This document shows positions 19,178-29,590 of a DNA stretch of 64,000 nt, in pieces. This DNA comes from Cyanobacteriota bacterium. Its GTDB lineage: Bacteria; Cyanobacteriota; Cyanobacteriia; Cyanobacteriales; Nostocaceae. The position numbers were made by a program, and so were the translations under genes. The DNA is taken from the NCBI GenBank assembly GCA_046045965.1, contig JBJOKS010000002.1, forward strand, positions 64,001-128,000, given 5' to 3'. The notes beneath the pieces are model-generated. The model saw only the letters and a list, made by a program, of their open reading frames with translations. It was not told the origin of the DNA and did no database searches. How positions within the stretch are numbered: the first letter of the stretch is position 1; every line of letters begins with the position of its first letter.

Positions 19178-19193
19178 AATTACCAACCATAAA

Positions 19194-22100
19194 TTATTTA
19201 CCAGCCGCTATTAACCCCTGATTCAAACTACCACTATTACTGTTTGCTAAACTTTCCACAGTAGAAAGAAGTTCATGCTCTAAATAAGGCTTAGTTAAAT
19301 AACCAGTTGCACCCAATTCTTGAGCTAACTGACGATGTTTTTCAGAACTACGAGAAGTGAGAATCACAACTGGTTTGTTAGACCAATCTTTATGTTGACG
19401 GATATGGCTTAATAATTCAAATCCATTCATCCGAGGCATTTCCAAATCAGAAATGATCACTTCAATTTCTGGATGTAACTCCAATTGTTCAATTGCTTCT
19501 ATTCCATTTTGGGCTGAAAATACTTGATAGCCATACTTTTGCAAAGTCATAACAATAGTTTGTCGGACACTAATAGCGTCATCTATGATTAAAACTACTT
19601 TTGGTAATTTTGGTGTTATCCCTGCATAGGAATTTGGTAGAGACTCGATAGTATTTACAGCAGCAGATGCAGCCAGTAGCGGTGTAGATGATATAGATAT
19701 ATGATCATCCGACATAGGCAAAGCTTGTTTCTGTAACCCAGAATTTGTGGGTAGAGTCCTAACATCAAGTGTGGCTTGCATCTGTTGAGAATCTATCAAC
19801 ATAGTGCCATCAATCACTAAAATCAGGTTGCCATTAGCTAAACTACTACAACCATAAATGTATTTTGGTGGAGTAATGGCACTGCCTAAAGGTCTAATTA
19901 CTAACTCTTGTTCCCCGATAATTTGGTCAACTTCTAAACCTAAAATTCCCTGATTGCGTCTAAGCAGAAGCACAGGATTTTTCATGATTTCTGTATCAGC
20001 ACTTTTGGGGATATTATTTATATAATTGCTGCCAACAATTGAACCATTGTAATACACCAAACTTTCCAGTTTTATGAGGTTAACAACCATTTCTTCCTCA
20101 CCGGAATGCCAATATAAAATTTGTTTGCCTTCAAAATCTTTGATTTGCTGTTCAGAGGGAATTAGTATTTTCTCGATACTATCTAGCAGTAAGGCATAAA
20201 CAACACCCCCGGACTGGACTAGCATTAGTTTATCTGTGGTCATAGAAAAGGGGATTTTAAGTATAAATGTTGTTCCTTGATTGGGCGATGATTGCACTGA
20301 AATCACGCCATTAAGAGATTGCAACTGAGTACGGACAATATCTAATCCCATACCACGTCCAGAAATTTCGCTCACCTTAGCAACGGTGGAAAATCCAGGT
20401 GAAAACATGAAATCAATCAGTTCGGATTCAGTTTGGTGATAATAGCCTTGAGTGTGATTATCATCTGGTATGAGATTAAGTTCAATAGCTCTCCTACGAA
20501 TACTTTCTAAATTTAAACCTTGACCATCATCTCTAACTTCAATAATAGTTTGATTTCCTTGATGATAGGCACAAATTTCTATTAAACCTTGTGGTTTTTT
20601 GCCAAGTTCACGGCGCATTTCTGGAGATTCAATGCCATGATCAAAAGCATTACGAACTAATTGCAATAGCGGATCATATAGTTTTTCGGCAATGGCTTTA
20701 TCTATGGGAACTTGTGTACCAGTGAGTTTTAATTCTACACTTTTTGCGTAAACATTGGCTAGATTGCTGACCATTAGCGGAAAGCGATTTAAGATAGTTC
20801 CTAAAGGCAGCATTCTGGCATCTGCTAGGTTATCTATAATGCTCAAAGTTAAATTATATTTTTTCTCACTAATTTGAGCAGATTGTTTAATTAGTAAGTC
20901 CAGAGATTCAGATGTTTCTTGTAGTTGTAGTGTTTCCTCTAGTGCTTCATGTAATGTCAGATTAAATTCTGTATAGACATCCATTTCTAGAGCATCAAAT
21001 TGGACAGCCGAAACTTTTTGGCTGGTTTCTATAGAAAAATTATTTCCCTGTAAAGGTAAATCACGTAATTGTTGTAAAACTGCTTGATGTCGGCTTAATT
21101 TCTGACTTAATTGCTCAATTAATTCTATAATCTGTTCATCATATAAAGTGCGTCGTTTTTGGTAAATGAGTAGTTCTCCTGTCAAGTAATTGAGGCGTTC
21201 TAATCCCTCCACGTCTACACGCACAAAGGAAGATTGTCGGGAATTCTTGTTGGGGGATAGTGAGGATTTATCTTCTGCTTCTCTATTTTTGGTTTCGGTA
21301 TCATCGGTAATCACTTCATAGTTTGAATCAGGAGTATTGGCAAATACCTGATTGCTGACAACTGATGATGTCACACTTTCTAAATAATTATCATTTTTAA
21401 TTTTTTCGGCGGTATGGGTTAACAGATCTTGCTCGGCTGTTTCTGGGATGGTGTCTCCTCCCCATATTTCTTCTACTAGATTATAGTCAGTGGGAGTAAC
21501 TACGGGGGGGGATATTTCTTTAATAACTAATAATTCTTGTAACTTGGGACTGTCAAGCCATTTTTTTTCTGACTCTGTAACAGGAGGATAATTTTTATAT
21601 TCTTTGCCTAATTTGCGGATTTGTTTTCTCAGGGCGCTGATAATTGATATAGCATTATCATTCTTTTTAACTGCATACTCAAATTCAGCTACAGCTAGGA
21701 TAATTATTAAGATCACACCCCGACGATAAAGGCAAAGGTTCTGCTGATCTTTTTCATCTTTAATAAAATCTAGAAATTGATTGAGCCAAATTTCTACATA
21801 ATCTTCGGAATCATCTTGATGATATGGAGGAATTAATAAATCTAAACTCAGTTCTGATTCGGGTATTCTTCTCTGGTGATTAAACCAGCCCAAAATATAG
21901 CGAATTACTTTTAAGTAAAATTTAGCATTTGCTGGTTTTAAAGGCTCATTACCTCTGTCACCAGACGTAATTAAAAACTGGTAAAATTCAGTGGTGATGC
22001 TGAAGAATTTGTTAGCAAAAGAGTTATTTGTATGAGTAATTCCCGTCTCATTTTTGGGAACTGTTACTAAAGAGCTAGTAGTTGGTGTAACAGGTGATTC

Positions 22101-22907
22101 ATCTGTTACTACTTCTTTGGCTACTGTTGTTAGGGCTTGCAAAGCAACAGAAGCTGAACCTCCGGATGTGCGATCGCCCGCTAAAACTGCTTTTTGTGCC
22201 GCTTGTAAATCAGCTAAGGCAATTTCTGCTATTTGATGTACTTCCTGTGGTTGAGCTACAAGTGCAGCCATTATTGTCTGAGACAGTTGTTTTAACCCAG
22301 GTAGATTTAAAGATTCAGCTAACCCTAGAAATACCTCGATTTGAGAGTTTAAAAACTCGCTTAATTCCTGATCTTTTAGGGAATTATTAATAGCTTCAGC
22401 AATACTTTCTATCCGTTGGGCAACTCCTACTTCAAAAATAGATTGCACAATATCAAATCCTAATTCTTCAGAAGTAGGAATATGATCTTCAGCCCCAAAA
22501 GCATCACCTAATTTTGTTTGTAGTTGGGCAAATGCAGAAGTTGCTCTTTGCAGAATTTCATCACTATTAATATTATTTGATGTCAACTCAGCGGTGACAG
22601 CTAACTGAAGACATTCGTAAGCTTCTAGCAGGAGGGTTTGCAATTCAGTATCTATAACTACGTCTGGACTGTATAAAGCTTTAAATATGTCTTCTAAAGA
22701 ATGGGCTATCATTTTGATTGTATCTAGCCCAACTGTAGCTGCTCCCCCTTTAATTGTATGGGTTGCCCGCATTAAGTTATGCACTTTATTGGTGCTATGG
22801 TCTTCTAAGAAGCTAAATAAATCCTGTTCAATTGTTTGTAATAATTCTGGTGCTTCTGCCAAAAAGTAGGCATAGCCTTGTTCGCGAATTTCAGTGTCTG
22901 TAATCAT
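19194..22907 (-). CDS. cheA: CheA-like hybrid histidine kinase (ptxE-like)
   Basis: Hpt MRATHTIKGGA, VRNAFDHGIE, DDGQG, SGRGMGLD, CheW domain, C-terminal receiver. Confidence 0.93.
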   Translation of the reverse strand: MITDTEIREQGYAYFLAEAPELLQTIEQDLFSFLEDHSTNKVHNLMRATHTIKGGAATVGLDTIKMIAHSLEDIFKALYSPDVVIDTELQTLLLEAYECLQLAVTAELTSNNINSDEILQRATSAFAQLQTKLGDAFGAEDHIPTSEELGFDIVQSIFEVGVAQRIESIAEAINNSLKDQELSEFLNSQIEVFLGLAESLNLPGLKQLSQTIMAALVAQPQEVHQIAEIALADLQAAQKAVLAGDRTSGGSASVALQALTTVAKEVVTDESPVTPTTSSLVTVPKNETGITHTNNSFANKFFSITTEFYQFLITSGDRGNEPLKPANAKFYLKVIRYILGWFNHQRRIPESELSLDLLIPPYHQDDSEDYVEIWLNQFLDFIKDEKDQQNLCLYRRGVILIIILAVAEFEYAVKKNDNAISIISALRKQIRKLGKEYKNYPPVTESEKKWLDSPKLQELLVIKEISPPVVTPTDYNLVEEIWGGDTIPETAEQDLLTHTAEKIKNDNYLESVTSSVVSNQVFANTPDSNYEVITDDTETKNREAEDKSSLSPNKNSRQSSFVRVDVEGLERLNYLTGELLIYQKRRTLYDEQIIELIEQLSQKLSRHQAVLQQLRDLPLQGNNFSIETSQKVSAVQFDALEMDVYTEFNLTLHEALEETLQLQETSESLDLLIKQSAQISEKKYNLTLSIIDNLADARMLPLGTILNRFPLMVSNLANVYAKSVELKLTGTQVPIDKAIAEKLYDPLLQLVRNAFDHGIESPEMRRELGKKPQGLIEICAYHQGNQTIIEVRDDGQGLNLESIRRRAIELNLIPDDNHTQGYYHQTESELIDFMFSPGFSTVAKVSEISGRGMGLDIVRTQLQSLNGVISVQSSPNQGTTFILKIPFSMTTDKLMLVQSGGVVYALLLDSIEKILIPSEQQIKDFEGKQILYWHSGEEEMVVNLIKLESLVYYNGSIVGSNYINNIPKSADTEIMKNPVLLLRRNQGILGLEVDQIIGEQELVIRPLGSAITPPKYIYGCSSLANGNLILVIDGTMLIDSQQMQATLDVRTLPTNSGLQKQALPMSDDHISISSTPLLAASAAVNTIESLPNSYAGITPKLPKVVLIIDDAISVRQTIVMTLQKYGYQVFSAQNGIEAIEQLELHPEIEVIISDLEMPRMNGFELLSHIRQHKDWSNKPVVILTSRSSEKHRQLAQELGATGYLTKPYLEHELLSTVESLANSNSGSLNQGLIAAGK

Positions 22908-22909
22908 AA

Positions 22910-23120
22910 GAGTCAGGAGTCAGGAGTCAGGAGGCATGAGGCAGGAGGCAGGAGGCAGGGGAGGCAGGGGAGGCAGGGGAGGCAGAAGGCAGGAGGCAGG
23001 GGAGGCAGGAGGCAGGAGGCAGGGGAGGCAGGAAGCAGGGGAGGCAGGGGAGGCAGGGGAAGAATTATATATAACCTGTACCTAGTACCCAGTACCCAGT
23101 CTCCAGTCCCCAGTCCCCAT
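22910..23120 (+). repeat. Mixed purine-rich repeat tract (AGGAGTC, GAGGCAG(GG)) followed by CCCAGT-type STRR
   Basis: Visible low-complexity tandem repeats filling the MCP-cheA spacer. Confidence 0.9.
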
Positions 23121-23123
23121 CTT

Positions 23124-26100
23124 TTATTTGACTTTGAACTTACCAGCGGTTGTTAATAGAGATTGAGCCATTCCTGATAAGTTTTGGAAGACTGTGGCAA
23201 TTTCTTGAGATTCACCAAAGGTCTTATTGGCAATTGCAGCTACATCATTCATTGATGCTGTCACTGTTACCGATTGATCCATTTGTGTTTGAGTGGCTTC
23301 AGTAATGCGCTCAATGAGTTGACTAATTTCCGCAGTAGCCGAAACGATAGCGTTCAAGTTTTGGCGAGTTTCACTAACTAAATTAGTTCCTTCTACTACT
23401 TGCTGAATTCCTGTTTCCATTGCTAGAGCAACTTCCCCAGTTTCAGCTTGAATTTCTTGGACTAATTTTTCAATTTCAATGGTAGCTGCTGCGGACTGAC
23501 GAGACAAAGAACGAACTTCATCCGCTACCACTGCAAAGCCTTTACCATATTCACCGGCGCGAGTAGCTTCGATGGCAGCATTCAAAGCCAGTACGTTGGT
23601 TTGTGAGGCAAAGTTGCTGATCAAATTTACCACTTTGGAGATTTTTTGTGATGATTCACTCAGGCGTTTAATCTTTTTGCTAGTTTGAGCGACGGTTTCA
23701 CGAATGGCCTGAATAGCATTTACTGTTTGGTTCATGGCTGTATCACCAGAATCTACAGTTTTGTTGGCTTGTTGTACCGCTATTTGTACTAATTGAGCAT
23801 TGGCTACTACAGCTTGGGTAGAATCTACCATCTGTTGTAGATCCCGTAAGGCTTGAGTGATTTCGTCGGACTGTTCTTTTGCTAAATCAGTCAATCCTAC
23901 TAGGGAAGAATTACTGTTGATAGAGGTTTGGGCAACTTGTTGGGAAGCGGTTTGTACCTGAATAACGATTTGCTGTAGTGCTTGCAGAGTACCATTATAG
24001 GCATCGGCAATTGTTCCTAATTCGTCTTCGGTAATGGGGGCGCGAACTGTTAAATCACCACTGAGGGCGGGACTTATGGATCTGAGTAATTGAATAGAGC
24101 GTTGTTGCAGTAATTCTTTAGCAGCTTTTTCTCTTTGGGCGGCTTCTGAAAGCTTGGCAGATTGAGTTTGCAGTTGTTTTAAGTATTCTGTTTGCTGCAA
24201 AGCTAGTCCTAATTGATCGCCAATACGTGACAGTAAGTTAATTTCTGTTTCTTCCCATTCACGAGGTGCGGAGTTTTGATAAGCTGCCAGTAAACCCCAG
24301 AGTTTATCTCCAAATAAGATGGGAGTAATGATGTATCCTCTAGCTTCATATTTTTCAATGATTTCTATGTAGCAGGGATCAAGGGTGGCTTTATAAATGT
24401 CGTTGACTACTAAGGTGTCACCTTTTTTATAACGCCCACCTTCATTGTCTTGGAGACAGGGATCATTTAAGACGGTTCTAATACCGGGTCCGACGAGTTT
24501 CACCCAACCACTAGCTACTGATTCGGCTACAAATTCACCTCCCCAATCAGATGTAAATTGATAAACGGCTGCGCGATCGCATTTTAGTAGTTGTCTTACT
24601 TCTTGGGTGGTGGTTTTGAAGATTTCGTCTACATCTAAAGATTGGCGAATGCGGTTGACTATCTTGGTGATGGCTTTTTCTTGTTCAGCGATCTGCGCTA
24701 GTTTCTCAGATTTAGATTTTACTTGTTCTATATAATCAATCTGAGATTTCGCTAGACTAATTTGCAAGCCAATCTGCTCTAAAAAGTTGACTTCTCTGGT
24801 TTGCCATTCACGAGTTCCAGTGTTTTGATAAGCTGCCAGTAATCCCCACAATTTTTCTCCATAGAAGATGGGAACTATGACGTAAGCTTTGGCTTCAATC
24901 TGCTCTAAAATCTCTAGGTGACATTGAGCGTGTCCGGCTTGATAAATGTCGTTAACAACAAAGTTTTCACCTTTAGCATATCTACCGCCTTGGGTTTCTT
25001 GCAAGTGGCTATCTTCCCAGACCATTTTAAAGTCAGGGGTGACAACTTTTATCCAGCCACTAGCAACTGATTCAGCTATAAATTGTCCACTCCAATTCGG
25101 ATGAAATTGATAAATACCAACGCGATCGCACCGCAAAGCTTGACGGATTTCTTGAGTAGCGGCTTTGAAGATATCTTCTAAATCCAAAGATTGACGGATG
25201 CGGCTGACTATTTTGTTGAGGGTTTTTTCCTGTTCCGCAATCTGACTGATTTCCTGAGATTGCAATTTCACTTGATTTATATAATCAATCTGTGATTTCG
25301 CTAAACTAAATTGCAAGCCAATCTGCTCTAAAAATTTGATTTCTCTTGCTTGCCATGCACGAGTTCCAGTGTTTTGATAAGCTGCTAGTAATCCCCACAA
25401 TTTTTCTCCATAAAAGATGGGAACTATGATGTAAGCTTTGGCTTCTACTTGCTCTAAAATTTCCAGGTGACATTGAGAATGACCGGCTTGATAAATGTCA
25501 TTAACTGCTAAGTATTCGCCTTTAGCATATCTACCGCCTTGGGTTTCTTGTAGGTGGCTATCTTCCCAAACCATTTTGAAGTCAGAAGTTGCAACTTTCA
25601 TCCAGCCACTAGCTACTGATTCGGCTATAAATTGTCCACTCCAATCAGGTTTAAATTGATAAACCGCAACGCGATCGCATTTGAGAGCTTGACGAACCTC
25701 TTGCGTAGCTGTTTTGAAGATGTCTTCTAAATCGAAGGATTGGCGAATGCGGTTGACTATTTTGTTGACTGTTTTTTCTTGTTCAGCAATCTGACTGATT
25801 TCCTGGGATTGCAATTTTACTTGTTCTATATAATCTAACTGTGATTTAGCTAGACTAAATTGCAAGCCTATTTGTTGTAAAAAGTTGATTTCTGATGCTT
25901 TCCATTCACGGGGTCTGGTATTTTGATAAGCTGCCAACAAGCCCCATAGTTTTTCGCCAAAGAATATCGGCACAATCACATAAGCTTTGGCTTCAAATTG
26001 TTCTAAAATTGCGATATGGCAAGGGGCAAGTCCCATTTTATAGGTGTCATTCACCACAAAGGTTTCCCCTTTGACATATCTACCGCCTTTGGTATCTTGT

Positions 26101-28085
26101 AAGTAGGTGTCATCTAAGACGGTTTTGATATTTGGTCCGACTAATTTTGTCCAACCAGTACCCACTGATTCAGATACAAATTCTCCACCCCAATCTGGTT
26201 TAAATTGATAAACGGCAACGCGATCGCATTTTATGGCTTGGCGCACTTCTTGAGTGGTAGTTATGAATATCTCGTCTACATCTCTGGCTTGACGAATGTG
26301 GTTGACTATTGTGTTGATACTTTTTTCTTGTTCAGCTATTTGTGCTAGTTCATCAGTTTTTGATCTGACTGTTTCTAGATAATCAATTTGTGATTTAGCT
26401 AGGTTAAACTGCAAGGCAATTTGAGTCAAAAAGTTGACTTCTGAACTTTGCCATTCACGGGGTTCAGAATTTTGATAAGCTGCCAATAATCCCCACAATT
26501 GATCACCAAAGAAGATGGGAACATTGATATAAGCTTTGGCTTCAAATGTTTCTAATAGCTCCAAGTAGCATGGTGTAATATTTTCTTGATAGATGTCATT
26601 CACCCACAAACTTTCGCCTTTAGCAAACCTCGCTCCTTTGGTTTCTTGAAAATAGGTATCTTCAACTAAGGTATTGATATCTGCACCGACAAGTTTTACC
26701 CATCCAGTTCCTACTGATTCAGCAACAAAATTACCACTCCAATCTGGGTTAAAGCGATAGATAGCGACGCGATCGCATTTGAGTGCTTGACGAGCTTCTT
26801 GTGTGGTAGTTTTGAAGATTTCTTCTAATTCTGAGGATTGACGAATGCGGTTAACTATCTTGGTTAGAGCTTTTTCTTGTTTAGCAATCTGTGCTAGTTG
26901 ATCAGATTGTTTCTGCACTTTTTCCAAGTATTCTCCTTGGGAAATAGCTACACCAAATTGCAAGCCTATTTGTGTTAAAAAGCTCACTTCCCAGTCTTGC
27001 CATTCCCTCGCACCGGTATTTTGATAAGCTGCTAGTAATCCCCATAATTTTTCCCCGGAGAAGATGGGAGCAATGACATAAGCTTTGGCTTCAAATTGTT
27101 CTAAGATGTCAATATGGCATTGAGCAAGACCGATTTTATAGGTGTCATTAACAACAAATGTTTCTCCTTTGGCATATCGTCCACCTTTGGTTTCTTGGAG
27201 GTGGGTATCTTCCCAAACCATTTTAAAGTCAGGGGTGACGATTTTTGTCCAATTGTTACCCACTGATTCGGAAACAAATTTACCACTCCAATCTGCCTCG
27301 AAACGATACACACCGACGCGATCGCATTTTAGTAATTGTCTGACTTCTTGAGTCGTAGTTTGAAAGATTTTATCTACATCTGGCTGTTGTAGAATCTTGC
27401 TGATAACTTTAGCTACTGATTGCTTTGCCAATACTGACTGTTGCAGTTCTTTTTGTAATTTAAAATTCTGCAATCTGTAGGTAATTTCTGTGGTTATTTG
27501 CGAGAGTAGAGTAATTTCTGCCTCTTGCCATCGATGTTCTGATCCACAACTATGAATTACCAATAATCCCCATACTCTACTATTGACAAGAATTGGTAGA
27601 CTTAAACTAGCTTTTACTTGAAATTTATCCAGTAGTTGTTTTTGATAGGGAGTAACTTGAATTTGATTAATATCGTCTATGGTTACTGGTTCTATGTAAT
27701 CTTGATCTGTATATAAACCAAACAAAATCGCTGGCAGATTTTCCCCTAAAGATGGTGTCCAACCTGTGGTTCTTGATTCTGCTAAAACTGTACCAGCATC
27801 AGAGTTAGTAAATTGATAAATCAAAGCGCGATCGCCACCAATTTTATCCCTAACTTGCGCTACAGTTACCTTTAGTAAAGAATCCAGATCCGGGGCTTGT
27901 GCCATCTGTGATGTTATGTATTGAAAGCGTTGCCTCCAGACTTTAAATTCCTGAGAAATAGCATTAGAGGTAGATAGATCATTGCGGGCAAAATTCTCTA
28001 TTGTGCTGCCATTTTGTTGATCTGATTTCTCGACTTCAGCAAAGATATTTCCTCTGTCTTCATTACTTTGATATAAAGTTGTCAT
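23124..28085 (-). CDS. Methyl-accepting phototaxis receptor with 7 GAF domains (6 cyanobacteriochrome-type), PtxD-like
   Basis: Seven GAF repeats; six with Asp motif and CH/CY bilin-attachment Cys; MCP core QTNVLALNAAIEATRAGEYGKGFAVVADEVR; no TM segment seen. Confidence 0.92.
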   Translation of the reverse strand: MTTLYQSNEDRGNIFAEVEKSDQQNGSTIENFARNDLSTSNAISQEFKVWRQRFQYITSQMAQAPDLDSLLKVTVAQVRDKIGGDRALIYQFTNSDAGTVLAESRTTGWTPSLGENLPAILFGLYTDQDYIEPVTIDDINQIQVTPYQKQLLDKFQVKASLSLPILVNSRVWGLLVIHSCGSEHRWQEAEITLLSQITTEITYRLQNFKLQKELQQSVLAKQSVAKVISKILQQPDVDKIFQTTTQEVRQLLKCDRVGVYRFEADWSGKFVSESVGNNWTKIVTPDFKMVWEDTHLQETKGGRYAKGETFVVNDTYKIGLAQCHIDILEQFEAKAYVIAPIFSGEKLWGLLAAYQNTGAREWQDWEVSFLTQIGLQFGVAISQGEYLEKVQKQSDQLAQIAKQEKALTKIVNRIRQSSELEEIFKTTTQEARQALKCDRVAIYRFNPDWSGNFVAESVGTGWVKLVGADINTLVEDTYFQETKGARFAKGESLWVNDIYQENITPCYLELLETFEAKAYINVPIFFGDQLWGLLAAYQNSEPREWQSSEVNFLTQIALQFNLAKSQIDYLETVRSKTDELAQIAEQEKSINTIVNHIRQARDVDEIFITTTQEVRQAIKCDRVAVYQFKPDWGGEFVSESVGTGWTKLVGPNIKTVLDDTYLQDTKGGRYVKGETFVVNDTYKMGLAPCHIAILEQFEAKAYVIVPIFFGEKLWGLLAAYQNTRPREWKASEINFLQQIGLQFSLAKSQLDYIEQVKLQSQEISQIAEQEKTVNKIVNRIRQSFDLEDIFKTATQEVRQALKCDRVAVYQFKPDWSGQFIAESVASGWMKVATSDFKMVWEDSHLQETQGGRYAKGEYLAVNDIYQAGHSQCHLEILEQVEAKAYIIVPIFYGEKLWGLLAAYQNTGTRAWQAREIKFLEQIGLQFSLAKSQIDYINQVKLQSQEISQIAEQEKTLNKIVSRIRQSLDLEDIFKAATQEIRQALRCDRVGIYQFHPNWSGQFIAESVASGWIKVVTPDFKMVWEDSHLQETQGGRYAKGENFVVNDIYQAGHAQCHLEILEQIEAKAYVIVPIFYGEKLWGLLAAYQNTGTREWQTREVNFLEQIGLQISLAKSQIDYIEQVKSKSEKLAQIAEQEKAITKIVNRIRQSLDVDEIFKTTTQEVRQLLKCDRAAVYQFTSDWGGEFVAESVASGWVKLVGPGIRTVLNDPCLQDNEGGRYKKGDTLVVNDIYKATLDPCYIEIIEKYEARGYIITPILFGDKLWGLLAAYQNSAPREWEETEINLLSRIGDQLGLALQQTEYLKQLQTQSAKLSEAAQREKAAKELLQQRSIQLLRSISPALSGDLTVRAPITEDELGTIADAYNGTLQALQQIVIQVQTASQQVAQTSINSNSSLVGLTDLAKEQSDEITQALRDLQQMVDSTQAVVANAQLVQIAVQQANKTVDSGDTAMNQTVNAIQAIRETVAQTSKKIKRLSESSQKISKVVNLISNFASQTNVLALNAAIEATRAGEYGKGFAVVADEVRSLSRQSAAATIEIEKLVQEIQAETGEVALAMETGIQQVVEGTNLVSETRQNLNAIVSATAEISQLIERITEATQTQMDQSVTVTASMNDVAAIANKTFGESQEIATVFQNLSGMAQSLLTTAGKFKVK

Positions 28086-28178
28086 TTGCCTAACCTCAAT
28101 AATTTTTTAGTTACTAATAATTTCAAGTTTTGATCCAGAAATTAAATTTTTCAATGCTAAGATGCAAATTACCTGTTA

Positions 28179-28658
28179 TTAGTGATGACTACTCCACATT
28201 GGTGATTGGATAATTGCCAGCGCATCTAAATTGAAAATCATTTGCTCTGAACCATTAGTAATGTATCCCTGCAAAAAAGGTGACATTGCTGGATAAAATA
28301 GGTCAGGAGAGGGAATCTTCATTTGCTCAGTATCCAACCACTCAATATCTGTCAATTGGCGCACCATCAACCCCAAATATTTACCCTCGTGTTCTAGCAC
28401 AATTGCCATCATTTTAGTGAGTAAATTTGAACCCTGCAAAAGAGGTGGATAACCTAACATTTCTTCTAAATCAACTAACCACAGCATCTCGCCACGCCAA
28501 CTATATATACCTAAAACGCAATTTGGCATCTGTGGAACTACGCAAATTTCGCTTAATGATATCCGTAATACTTCTGAGATATGCTGTAAGGAAATTACGG
28601 CTTGATCCCGCACTCCTAAATTAAAACTTAAGAATTTTTGTTTGGTTTCCAAGGTCAA
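28179..28658 (-). CDS. cheW: CheW-like coupling protein
   Basis: VPQMPNCVLGIYSWRGEMLWLVDL motif; operon position. Confidence 0.9.
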   Translation of the reverse strand: MTLETKQKFLSFNLGVRDQAVISLQHISEVLRISLSEICVVPQMPNCVLGIYSWRGEMLWLVDLEEMLGYPPLLQGSNLLTKMMAIVLEHEGKYLGLMVRQLTDIEWLDTEQMKIPSPDLFYPAMSPFLQGYITNGSEQMIFNLDALAIIQSPMWSSHH

Positions 28659-28898
28659 TTTCCTTTTTAATTAGATGATTTTTTAGCCACTATTTCATGA
28701 TTAAAGCTCAATATAAATAGTGACTATTGATTTTTTGGGAATTTGGGAATTAATGAAGTATTTTAGTAAGTATTCAGGATATACAAGGAATCAAAGTTTT
28801 TCGAGTCGAGCTTGATAATTTCTGAAAAAACTTGCTCATCTATATTCTTGATGCAAACAAATATTCTGACTCTTGACTCCTGAATTCTTACATATTTT

Positions 28899-29264
28899 CT
28901 AATTGTTGATCAATGTTTTCAAAGTTTTTTCTAATTCTTCCTTATCTACTGGTTTTGATAGGTAGGCTTTAGCGCCTAACATATTACCCCAAATCTTATC
29001 TACTTCACTGTTTTTAGTAGAGCAGAAAACCACAGGTATTTTGCTAGTATTAGGGTTATTTTGTAGTTCTCGGCAAATTTCAAACCCGCTTTTACCTGGT
29101 AAAATTACATCTAACAATATAACATCAGGTTTATTTGCATCTATTTTTTGTTGTGCTTCTTCACTGCTGGTAGCAGAAATTACAGAATATCCTGCCTGCC
29201 GCAAGTAACGGCTGATAATTTCCATATCGGTTAAACCATCTTCAACCACTAAAACAGTACTCAT
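28899..29264 (-). CDS. cheY: Single-domain response regulator (CheY/PilH-like)
   Basis: VLVVED, LLDVILPG, YLSKP. Confidence 0.9.
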   Translation of the reverse strand: MSTVLVVEDGLTDMEIISRYLRQAGYSVISATSSEEAQQKIDANKPDVILLDVILPGKSGFEICRELQNNPNTSKIPVVFCSTKNSEVDKIWGNMLGAKAYLSKPVDKEELEKTLKTLINN

Positions 29265-29590
29265 GGTAACTACCTGTTAAATTATTTTTTCAATTTGGAA
29301 ACAAAGACTTAGATATGTAATCAGACAGTTGAATATAGCACGAGTCTGTATTCTTATTATATCTTGAACCATTGTATAGATATTTCCATCAGGAAACTTG
29401 CGTGTTCAACATAAATTTACATCATCCAGCTTCATGCTTGAAGTAATATTAAAAACTCCTAAAAAAGTTCAACTGAGAATGGATCACAATCTGACTGCAA
29501 GTGTGTTGTCATTAGAGGTAGATTTTATTAACTAATTTGTCTCTGTGTAAAGTAAACATCAGCCTAAGTAGAAGCTTATTCAATAGAAGC

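Noticed and set aside
22878..23156. Arg/Gly/Gln-rich + strand ORFs
   Set aside because: Translations of the low-complexity repeat tract
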